IMG/VR virus record: IMGVR_UViG_3300046542_000616
Origin: a virus
Lineage: Duplodnaviria > Heunggongvirae > Uroviricota > Caudoviricetes
Length of the DNA: 32,000 bases
Strand: one strand, 5' to 3'
Part shown: positions 25,221 through 32,000 of the stretch, in pieces
Numbering within the stretch: the stretch's first letter is position 1
Layout: each line of letters starts with the position of its first letter
Position numbers and translations under genes: made by a program
Notes under the pieces: model-generated
Told to the model about the DNA's origin: nothing
Seen by the model: only the letters and a program-made list of their open reading frames with translations
The model's database searches: none

Positions 25221-26315
25221 TCACAGGCCCAGCGCATCTTCCAGGAGTTGCACCTTGCTCCACTGAACGCCCATGGCTTTCTCAACGGTGAAGAGTGTCT
25301 TGATGAAGTCGTCTTTTTTGAGCGGCGTGGTGAATCTCGACAGGGTCTCGATCTGCTGTTCTGTAAGGTTTTGTGTCCTGATTTTCTCAGCAATTTCCTC
25401 CTCACAGCCAAGTTGATCCACAAGCCACAGGGGTTTCACCGGACGTCTGGCAAAATCGATTAAATGGCTGTCATCACCTATGGACTGAAACCTGGCGCCG
25501 GCAATCCTTAGTCCGCCTTGCGTAATGTCGCAGAAACAGAAGTCAAGCGAGTATTCGGTTTCTTTGAGATGGGCAGTGGCTTTGGCCAATGCCTCGCATA
25601 ACGTCGGAGCAGTAGCGACAAGCGTTTTAAATGCGTCATTCACGATGTCTACGCGGTACTGTTGGATATAGGCATCATCGCGCAACCACCGCTGCAGCAC
25701 CTGGCTGTAGTGGTAGTCATTGCCGTTATGCACCCTTGTTTCCAATGGCTCGACGAGTGATTCTGGCAGGTCGAATTCCTTGGCCTTGTGCTCAAGTAAC
25801 CGCGCAAGCTCGAGCCCATGGTAATGATTGAAGTATTGCCAGATGGCTTGCTGCTGGCCTTTCGCAGATCGATTGTAAAAATCGACAAAATTGCCCCAAT
25901 GGATATTTTTCTTTGCGAGCGTTGCTTTCGCAATGGCGAACGACTCAAGCTGCGTTGGCGAATACGTTTCAAGGTGTGGATCAGACTTCAGGAGTTCTAC
26001 CAGGTCATTTTGCGAGAAGCGCTGTAGGCTCTCTCGATTCCTGATTTCATAGTCGTCGTATTTAAAGCTTAGGATTGAGGCCAGGGTAGCGAACGTTTCA
26101 TCGCTCATCGCTTCTAACGGGGCAATGCGGGTCAAGTCAATGTTGCCTGGCGAACCAAATCGGTTGTGCATGATATTGGAATGCAGGGTGCGATCTCCAG
26201 CCGCATCAAGGCCATCAGCAGTGGTAAAGCCAGTAGGATCACCACGGTAAATGATGTTGATGAAGGGATAATCCCTCAAGGCTGGCTTGATCAGCTCGGT
26301 TGGGCCTGCGATCAC
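25221..26315 (-). CDS. large LEDALGL-tail family paralog 3
   Basis: GTG start at 26315 with an AAGGAG RBS 7 nt upstream. It shows YPFINIIY, IAPLEAMSDETF, QQQAIWQYF, WLRDD and TAPTLCEALAKATAH, and ends ...QWSKVQLLEDALGL-TGA. Confidence 0.85.
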   Translation of the reverse strand: MIAGPTELIKPALRDYPFINIIYRGDPTGFTTADGLDAAGDRTLHSNIMHNRFGSPGNIDLTRIAPLEAMSDETFATLASILSFKYDDYEIRNRESLQRFSQNDLVELLKSDPHLETYSPTQLESFAIAKATLAKKNIHWGNFVDFYNRSAKGQQQAIWQYFNHYHGLELARLLEHKAKEFDLPESLVEPLETRVHNGNDYHYSQVLQRWLRDDAYIQQYRVDIVNDAFKTLVATAPTLCEALAKATAHLKETEYSLDFCFCDITQGGLRIAGARFQSIGDDSHLIDFARRPVKPLWLVDQLGCEEEIAEKIRTQNLTEQQIETLSRFTTPLKKDDFIKTLFTVEKAMGVQWSKVQLLEDALGL

Positions 26316-26358
26316 GAAAATGCTCCTTGTGAATTCTTATTGTGGGTATGAGCGTCCA

Positions 26359-27447
26359 TTAAATCCCCAGCGCCTCTTCCATGTGCCTCACCTTGTTCCA
26401 TTGCACGCCCAAGGCCTTCTCAACCGCGAACAGGGTCTTGATAAATTCGTTTTTTTTGAGCGGCGTGGTGTACTTAGTCACTGCCCCGATCTCCGCACCA
26501 GGCTCATACTGAACCCACAGTGGCTTGACTGGGCGAGATGCCCAGTCCAAAAGGCGGTCGTCGCTGGAATTGATTGACTCAAGCGTTGCCCAAGCGACTA
26601 TCCGACCGCCTTGGAGAATATCGCAGTAGTCGGTATCAATCGGATACTCATTGTCCTTCAGGTACGCTGTCGCTTTGGCAAGTATTTGAGCCAGGGTCGG
26701 CGCGGTCGCAATCAGTGTTCGGGTCACCGGGTTTACGATGTCAAAGCGGTACTGCTGCTGATACGCATCATCGCGCAACCACTTCTGAAGAACCTGGCTA
26801 TAGCGGTATTCATTACCTTTATGCGATCTCGACTCAAACGGCTCAATTAGACAATCGGGGATGGTGAGATCCTTGGCTTTGTGCGCGAGCAGAGATTCAA
26901 GCTCAAGACCGTGATATGTCTCGAAGTATTGGCGGATGGCTTGCTGCTGGTCATCGGCAGACTGGTTGTAGAGGCTAACCAGGTTGCCCCAGTGGACGCT
27001 TTTGGAAAACGTGGCCCTGGCCAAGAAGTAGGCCTCAAACTGGGCTCGAATGTAGGGCTCACGACCTTCGTCATTTGGCAGGTGGTAACTGCTGTTTTTG
27101 TATGTGAAATGCTCAAGGCTGCTGCGTTCACGTATGTCCGCGTCGTCACATTTGATGCCGAGGATTGAGGCCAGGGAAGCGAACGTTTCGTCGGTCATGG
27201 CACAATAAGGCGCCAATAGGGTATCAGTGATGTCCGCCGCAGAGCGGAATTGCGAGCTGTTGATCTTAGTTCGTCGCTCAGGATCACCTGCCATGCAGAC
27301 GTCCTCGTAGATGTCATCCTTTCCATCTTCTCCGGCCAGCACACAGTGAACCTTATCCGTAATGAACCGAGTGCGATCCCCTTGAAAGACGATGTTGATG
27401 AAGGGGTAGTTCTTCAAGTCAGGTGCGGTTAACTGGTGGGTGGTCAC
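26359..27447 (-). CDS. large LEDALGL-tail family paralog 4 (variant tail MEEALGI)
   Basis: The start was moved to GTG 27447 (VTTHQLTAPDLKNYPFINIVF...), which has an AAGGA RBS. This removes the overlap with paralog 5. It ends ...QWNKVRHMEEALGI-TAA. Confidence 0.8.
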   Translation of the reverse strand: MTTHQLTAPDLKNYPFINIVFQGDRTRFITDKVHCVLAGEDGKDDIYEDVCMAGDPERRTKINSSQFRSAADITDTLLAPYCAMTDETFASLASILGIKCDDADIRERSSLEHFTYKNSSYHLPNDEGREPYIRAQFEAYFLARATFSKSVHWGNLVSLYNQSADDQQQAIRQYFETYHGLELESLLAHKAKDLTIPDCLIEPFESRSHKGNEYRYSQVLQKWLRDDAYQQQYRFDIVNPVTRTLIATAPTLAQILAKATAYLKDNEYPIDTDYCDILQGGRIVAWATLESINSSDDRLLDWASRPVKPLWVQYEPGAEIGAVTKYTTPLKKNEFIKTLFAVEKALGVQWNKVRHMEEALGI

Positions 27448-27488
27448 GTCTGTGTTCCTTGTCTGTTCTTGTCGAAGGGGGCCAGGCA

Positions 27489-28640
27489 TCAAAGCCCAAG
27501 CGCATCTTCCAGCTTGGACACCCGGTTCCACTGAAGGCCCATGGTCTTCTCTACGAAGAACACTGCTTTGGTAAACTCCTTTTCCGAGACCTTTACCGTC
27601 TTGCTAAGTCGGAGATCGATTTCACTGACCTGCTGTTTAAGCTGACCGATGATCAGTGAATCCTTGGTGTTCTCGATTTCCTGCAGGAGCTTTTCGCCCT
27701 TAGCCCGCAAATTGCCTAGGTCTTCACCCAACTGCTCAAAATTCCACTTAAGCTTGTAGGGGGACATGATCATCTCGAACAAATCGGCATCATCAGGAAA
27801 GTCCTTCGCCATCTTGAACTCACCTTGAGCCAGGTATTTGCCTTGCTGACGCAGGACGATCAGGTCAGACACCATGGAGCCCGTGGCTTTTTCGACATAC
27901 GCGGTAGCCTTGGCAATGGCTTGGTTGAGCGTCGGAGCGGAGCCCAGCAGGAAGATCTCTTGTGTGCTGCGATGATAGGCGTCAACCCTGTATTGCTTGT
28001 GCAGGATGTCTTCACGAACCCATTGTTGCTGTAGATCACTGAATAAAAATTTCTCGCCATCAACGTCCTTGGATTGAAACGTCTCCTGGAGTTTCTCTGG
28101 AATGGTAATGGATACCGGTGGGGTGCTCATCAGCACACTCAGGTCACGGTTCATGCAGCGGAGGAAGTATTGATGAATCGCCTCCTGCTGGCCAGGCTCG
28201 GCGCCGTTGTAGAGCTCGGCAAGATGGCCCCAGTGAATGTCCTGGGTGGTCAGCGCTTTGGACAGGATGTATGTCTGAAGCTGATCGACGGTATACGACT
28301 CCTCATCATGGAATCGATTCAGGTTGCTGGCCGTAATTGTCTCAAGGGTCTGCCGGCTCACGATGTCTGATCCGAAGGCGCGAGGCTGCAGGATTTTCAT
28401 CAGGCGGGCGAAGGTTTCGTCTGACATCGCCTGGACGGCGGCCACGGCGGGATCGCTCACGTAGGAGGGTTCCTGAAAAAAGCTGACCTCGAATTCTTCG
28501 TCAGCCTTTGAATTAGGGGACTGATCTTGCTGTATCACGTTGTGCTTGAACGATACGTTGTGATGGAAATGCACGGCATTGATGAACGGATAGGCGTCCA
28601 GGCTAGGTACGGTAAGGCTGTCCGGTCTGCTCGTGGTCAT
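27489..28640 (-). CDS. large LEDALGL-tail family paralog 5
   Basis: The start was moved to ATG 28640 (MTTSRPDSLTVPSLDAYPFINAV...), which has an AGGA RBS. It ends ...QWNRVSKLEDALGL-TGA. It is the first gene of the minus-strand operon and is divergent from the small-family operon. Confidence 0.8.
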   Translation of the reverse strand: MTTSRPDSLTVPSLDAYPFINAVHFHHNVSFKHNVIQQDQSPNSKADEEFEVSFFQEPSYVSDPAVAAVQAMSDETFARLMKILQPRAFGSDIVSRQTLETITASNLNRFHDEESYTVDQLQTYILSKALTTQDIHWGHLAELYNGAEPGQQEAIHQYFLRCMNRDLSVLMSTPPVSITIPEKLQETFQSKDVDGEKFLFSDLQQQWVREDILHKQYRVDAYHRSTQEIFLLGSAPTLNQAIAKATAYVEKATGSMVSDLIVLRQQGKYLAQGEFKMAKDFPDDADLFEMIMSPYKLKWNFEQLGEDLGNLRAKGEKLLQEIENTKDSLIIGQLKQQVSEIDLRLSKTVKVSEKEFTKAVFFVEKTMGLQWNRVSKLEDALGL

Positions 28641-28765
28641 GTTTGCGATCCTGATCTGGTTTTCCTCATTATCGGCGCTGAGACTGCGCTCGAACAAGCA
28701 ATGATGCAGGGGTTTGATGCGACGGCTGCTCATAAGGGACAATACGTTATGGCCTGGAGTGACTC

Positions 28766-29203
28766 ATGGAATTGCAACAGAAGAAATACGGTTATAACTT
28801 GATTTTTTGCGAGCAGCGCAAAGACCAGACATACCATTGGAAAGATATTACGAATTTTGCGGCAGCCGACACCGCTGAGGAAGCTGTAGAAAATTTGTTG
28901 AAGCTCATGCGTGGATCGACGGAGCTAAAAGACATGTTTAAAACGAATGCAACTGTCTTATTAACCAAGTTTGAGTTAATCGGAAGCGGCAAAAAACTAC
29001 TTAGTTTCGAAACACGCAGGATGGGAACAGTCGTTGATAATTTGGCAAATATACTTATAAGCGGAAGTATGGTTGGAGATCCTTGGAAAAACATCGTCTT
29101 TGACTATGTGGATCGGGAACTTCTAAGTGCCTTGGTGAAGACATTCCCAGATCAAAAGCAGTTCTTTAAAGGCAAGGTTTTAGAAGGCTCCCTAGGTCTG
29201 TGA
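28766..29203 (+). CDS. small LEDALGL-tail family paralog S1 (tail LEGSLGL)
   Basis: 145 aa with a GGAG RBS. It shows FAAADTAEEAVENL and ...LLSALVKTFPDQKQFFKGKVLEGSLGL-TGA. Confidence 0.8.
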   Translation: MELQQKKYGYNLIFCEQRKDQTYHWKDITNFAAADTAEEAVENLLKLMRGSTELKDMFKTNATVLLTKFELIGSGKKLLSFETRRMGTVVDNLANILISGSMVGDPWKNIVFDYVDRELLSALVKTFPDQKQFFKGKVLEGSLGL

Positions 29204-29236
29204 TTGGGCGTGGAGATAAAAGTTAGGAGCATAGCA

Positions 29237-29662
29237 GTGGATTATGACAAAAAGAAATTCGGGTTCACAATTTGGTTCCACGACCGGAACAAGAATCTTA
29301 CGATCAACTGGTATGATTTTCCGGAATTTGCCTGTGCCGACACGGCGGGCGAGGCTATGGCTAATTTGGTCGATATTCTCGATGGATCTATTCCGTTGTG
29401 GCAGTTGCCGGACAAAGGAAGCAAGGCAGAATTGACCAGGATTGAGTTGCACGGTGATGGCAAGAGGCTGTTCAGGCTCAATGGTCTGAAAGAGGTCAAG
29501 AACCAGGCGCAACCTTGGCTTAAGACCATCGTTACTGTGCAGTGGAAATATACGGTATTCGATGACGTAAATCGCGAGCTCCTGGATGCTTTGGTGCAGA
29601 CGTTTCCGGAGCAGCAGCGGATTTTCAAGGGTAAATTTTTGGAAGATGCTCTGGGCCTCTGA
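29237..29662 (+). CDS. small LEDALGL-tail family paralog S2
   Basis: The start was moved to GTG 29237 (VDYDKKKFGFTIWF...), which has an AGGAG RBS 7 nt upstream, by alignment with S1 and S3. It ends ...FPEQQRIFKGKFLEDALGL-TGA. Confidence 0.8.
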   Translation: MDYDKKKFGFTIWFHDRNKNLTINWYDFPEFACADTAGEAMANLVDILDGSIPLWQLPDKGSKAELTRIELHGDGKRLFRLNGLKEVKNQAQPWLKTIVTVQWKYTVFDDVNRELLDALVQTFPEQQRIFKGKFLEDALGL

Positions 29663-29692
29663 CCTGGTGGATTTCTTCTGAGGAATAAAGCG

Positions 29693-30136
29693 ATGGAAAA
29701 CGCGAAAAACAATTTTGGTTATATATTGGCCTTTAATGAGCGACTGAGTGGCGTAGGAAACCTGATAAAACATCACTACGTCTATGATTTCGCCGCCGCA
29801 CAAACGGCTGAGGAAGCTGTCGACAACCTGGCGAAGGTGCTTGAAGGGTCGATTCCGTTTAAGCAGGATCTTGATAAGGGCCTCAGAGACAAAACCAAAC
29901 TTGTCAGCCTTGAGTTAATGGGCGATGGCAAGAAGCTGTTCAAATTGCATTCCATTGAAGGAACGGAGAGCTTGTTCGGTTTGCCCTGGTTCAAGAAGCC
30001 GAGCTTGAGTGTTCACTGGGGTTGGATGGAATTTGAGCGCGTGGATCGGAATCTGCTGGATGCCTTGGTGAAGACGTTTCCGGAGCAGAAGCAGATCTTT
30101 AAGGGGAAATTTCTGGAAGACGCCCTGGGCCTCTGA
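29693..30136 (+). CDS. small LEDALGL-tail family paralog S3
   Basis: 147 aa with a GAGGA RBS. It shows FAAAQTAEEAVDNL and ends ...FPEQKQIFKGKFLEDALGL-TGA. Confidence 0.85.
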   Translation: MENAKNNFGYILAFNERLSGVGNLIKHHYVYDFAAAQTAEEAVDNLAKVLEGSIPFKQDLDKGLRDKTKLVSLELMGDGKKLFKLHSIEGTESLFGLPWFKKPSLSVHWGWMEFERVDRNLLDALVKTFPEQKQIFKGKFLEDALGL

Positions 30137-30175
30137 TTCAATCTAAGTGCCGAAGCATTAAGGAATGCCAGAACG

Positions 30176-30562
30176 ATGAACCAAAGCCGATTTTCTTGCC
30201 GGCTGTATTTTAGCCGAGTGAGCATCACAGGCCGGCGAGACGTCTCCCTGATCCCTAATTACGTAGTCGGTACTTCCCTGGACGAAATTGTCAGCCAAGT
30301 GGCCAAGCTGTTTGATGGTTCCCGCCCGTTAGCAGGTGCAGGAAGCTCGGATGAGGCCCTATTCAGAGTGGTGATCGAAGAGATGGAGGATGAGTTGCTG
30401 ACTCTTTCGGTGTTCGACGATGGCGAGCACTGCCTGATCAACTGGGAGGATTCGACATTCCACGGAGTGGGCAAGGAGATGGTCAATGCACTGACAGCAG
30501 TCTTTCCAGATCATGTGGATCAATTCAAGCGCTTTGCACTGGAAGGGGCGCTCGGTCTCTGA
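30176..30562 (+). CDS. small LEDALGL-tail family paralog S4 (divergent; tail LEGALGL)
   Basis: 128 aa with an AAGGA RBS. It ends ...ALTAVFPDHVDQFKRFALEGALGL-TGA. The central W..(D/E)..F position is conserved with S1-S3. Confidence 0.75.
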   Translation: MNQSRFSCRLYFSRVSITGRRDVSLIPNYVVGTSLDEIVSQVAKLFDGSRPLAGAGSSDEALFRVVIEEMEDELLTLSVFDDGEHCLINWEDSTFHGVGKEMVNALTAVFPDHVDQFKRFALEGALGL

Positions 30563-30588
30563 AAGGGCCGGGAAGGCCTTGTAGTCGC

Positions 30589-31710
30589 CTACAGCCCCAA
30601 AGCATCCTCAAGGTCATGCACCTTAGACCATTGCAGGCCTAAAGCCTTCTCGACGCGATACACGGCCTCTCGGAAGTCTTTCAGGGGCACTGGGATCGGT
30701 TTGTCCAAAAGCGCCTCCAGCCTGGCGACGTTAGCCATGATTTTATCCTCTTCGCTCCTGAACGTATTGAGCGAGCGCATGGCGTCCTTCTTGATGCCTT
30801 GAACGTAGGAACGATCCGCACCCAATTGATCAAGGTTCCACTTGAGCTTGGTGATAATGCCTTTGCCGGCAATCACTTCAGCATGGGCCACGGGTTCGGC
30901 GAACTGAAGGATATCCAGGCGCCATTTGCCAGCCGCATATTCATCATCCTTGAGGCACAGCGAAGCCTTGGCGATGGCCTGGTCAAGCGTCGGCGCACCC
31001 CCAATAAGGTAGCGAGCATTGAGTGACGTGAGCACGATGTCGATGCGGTATTGCTGGTGAAACCGATCCTCTCGAAGCCATTTCTGCATCACCTCACTGA
31101 AGTGGTACGCATCACCGTTTTTGGCCTTGGTCTGGAATTCCTCCTGAACACATCCTGGCAAGGTGATGGCGGGGCCAGTGGTGCCCAACAGGTCTGGAAG
31201 ATCAATGTCGTGATGATTTAAGAAGTATTTCAGGATGGATTCTTGCTGATCGGGGTCTGACTCATTGTATAGGGACGCCACCTTTGCCCACTGCACGCTT
31301 TTGGACATGTCAGCATGGAACATCAGGTAAGTCTGAAGCTGCCCGGCTGTATAGGGCCCGCAATCATCTTCCTCGTTCACGACATAACTCGGCGTTTTTC
31401 GGAAGGCCAGTGCCTCAAGGTCAGCCTTTGTCCTGATTTCAGTGTCGTAGATTGATGGCTTGAGCAGGGTGAAAAGGCTATTGAAAGTGAAGTCGCTCAT
31501 CGCGAGGAGCGGCGCAATGTGATGATTGCGAACACTGGCGGGAAAATCGAAGTATTCACTGGCAACTTTATCGTACGAATCGACGTCAGGCGCCCTGGCC
31601 TCACCGGTAGCGTCGGTGAACCCAGCAAAGTCCCTGTGGAACATCACGTTGATGAACGGATAGTCGCTGAGGCTGGGCGGATTCAGGCGGGCAGGGCGCT
31701 TGGCGGTCAT
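30589..31710 (-). CDS. large LEDALGL-tail family paralog 6
   Basis: 373 aa with an AAGGA RBS. It shows PPSLSDYPFINVMF, IAPLLAMSDFTF, DQQESILKYF, WLREDRFHQQYR and GAPTLDQAIAKA, and ends ...QWSKVHDLEDALGL-TAG. Confidence 0.85.
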   Translation of the reverse strand: MTAKRPARLNPPSLSDYPFINVMFHRDFAGFTDATGEARAPDVDSYDKVASEYFDFPASVRNHHIAPLLAMSDFTFNSLFTLLKPSIYDTEIRTKADLEALAFRKTPSYVVNEEDDCGPYTAGQLQTYLMFHADMSKSVQWAKVASLYNESDPDQQESILKYFLNHHDIDLPDLLGTTGPAITLPGCVQEEFQTKAKNGDAYHFSEVMQKWLREDRFHQQYRIDIVLTSLNARYLIGGAPTLDQAIAKASLCLKDDEYAAGKWRLDILQFAEPVAHAEVIAGKGIITKLKWNLDQLGADRSYVQGIKKDAMRSLNTFRSEEDKIMANVARLEALLDKPIPVPLKDFREAVYRVEKALGLQWSKVHDLEDALGL

Positions 31711-31837
31711 TGAGTGTGTCCTTGTACTGGCATGTGTTCATTATCCAGACTGAGCCAGTGAGCGCACAAGAAAGCCAGCGAGCGCTTTTCCTTTTGAGGC
31801 CAAACAACCACGGCCTTCAAGTCGTTGTTTTTAAACG

Positions 31838-31876
31838 ATTATAGTCAATTATAGACCGATTATAGAGCGACTATAG
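31838..31876 (-). promoter_or_regulatory. four tandem copies of ATTATAG (gene-sense strand: CTATAAT/CTATAGT) at 10-11-bp spacing
   Basis: Plus-strand ATTATAG at 31838-31844, 31848-31854 and 31859-31865, and ACTATAG at 31870-31876. The array sits upstream of paralog 6 and overlaps the stop codon of paralog 7. On the sense strand each copy contains TATAAT (or TATAGT). Confidence 0.6.
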
Positions 31877-32000
31877 ACCAAGGGCATCTTCAAGGAGCAG
31901 GCCTTTGTGCCATTTCACACCAATCGCCTCCTCGGCAATAGCGATGGATTTCTCAAGGCGATCCTTGGTAAAGCCGAGTTTGAGATGATCGGTATCCCAG
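31871..32000 (-). CDS. large LEDALGL-tail family paralog 7 (C-terminal fragment; continues beyond the window)
   Basis: Hand translation of the minus strand gives ...IAIAEEAIGVKWHKGLLLEDALGL-TAG, with the stop at 31871-31873. The frame is open to nt 32000. Confidence 0.75.
   Translation of the reverse strand, partial: WDTDHLKLGFTKDRLEKSIAIAEEAIGVKWHKGLLLEDALGL

Noticed and set aside
26359-27531. Long form of paralog 4 (390 aa) and long forms of paralogs 1 and 5 (starts at 24116 and 28742)
   Set aside because: The extensions overlap the upstream paralog or add non-homologous, Cys/Arg-rich residues. Internal starts at 27447 (GTG, AAGGA RBS), 24044 and 28640 align with the conserved M....P..L..PS...YPFIN N-termini.
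22944-31873. Firm identification of the LEDALGL tail as a beta-clamp-binding motif
   Set aside because: It shares only -LGL-COOH with the Pol IV QLVLGL tip and lacks the conserved Gln and Leu at positions 1-2. I kept it as one of several hypotheses, not as a call.

Overview
This window looks like the replication and maintenance region of a GC-rich plasmid with Pseudomonas-like codon usage. All family calls come from motifs read by eye in the translated ORFs; no searches were run.

Supported content:
- **Replicon (17252-20220):** a TrfA-family replication initiator sits next to an iteron-type oriV. The origin has about 9 direct iterons, inverted iteron triplets on both flanks, an AT-rich stretch and DnaA-box-like sites.
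- **hipBA (12074-13879):** a toxin-antitoxin module with three 26-bp palindromic operators.
- **AAA+ and VWA pair (4500-8947):** a MoxR/AAA_5-like ATPase and an unusually long HExxH-metallopeptidase/VWA (DUF2201-type) protein. The long protein carries a large acidic PGEG/GQ low-complexity insert. A 670-bp repeat-rich spacer separates the two genes.
- **Possible Panacea (DUF4065)-like antitoxin-domain gene (1917-2519).**
- **An orphan AbrB/MazE-like gene (16868-17056).**
- **Two tightly packed minus-strand operons** of small unknown proteins, one containing a GNAT-like gene and one an HExxH protein.

Most unusual, from 22944 to the window end:
- Seven paralogous ~340-385-aa genes lie on the minus strand (one cut by the window edge), and four paralogous ~130-145-aa genes lie on the plus strand.
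- All eleven end at the extreme C-terminus in the same peptide, L-E-(D/G)-x-L-G-L-stop, with one M-E-E-A-L-G-I variant.
- The peptide is conserved at protein level while its synonymous codons and stop codons are scrambled.
- The small proteins look like stand-alone copies of the C-terminal module of the large ones.
- I could not assign this family to any system I know, and it is my top candidate for an undescribed system.

I saw no rRNA, tRNA, CRISPR array, IS element or integrase.
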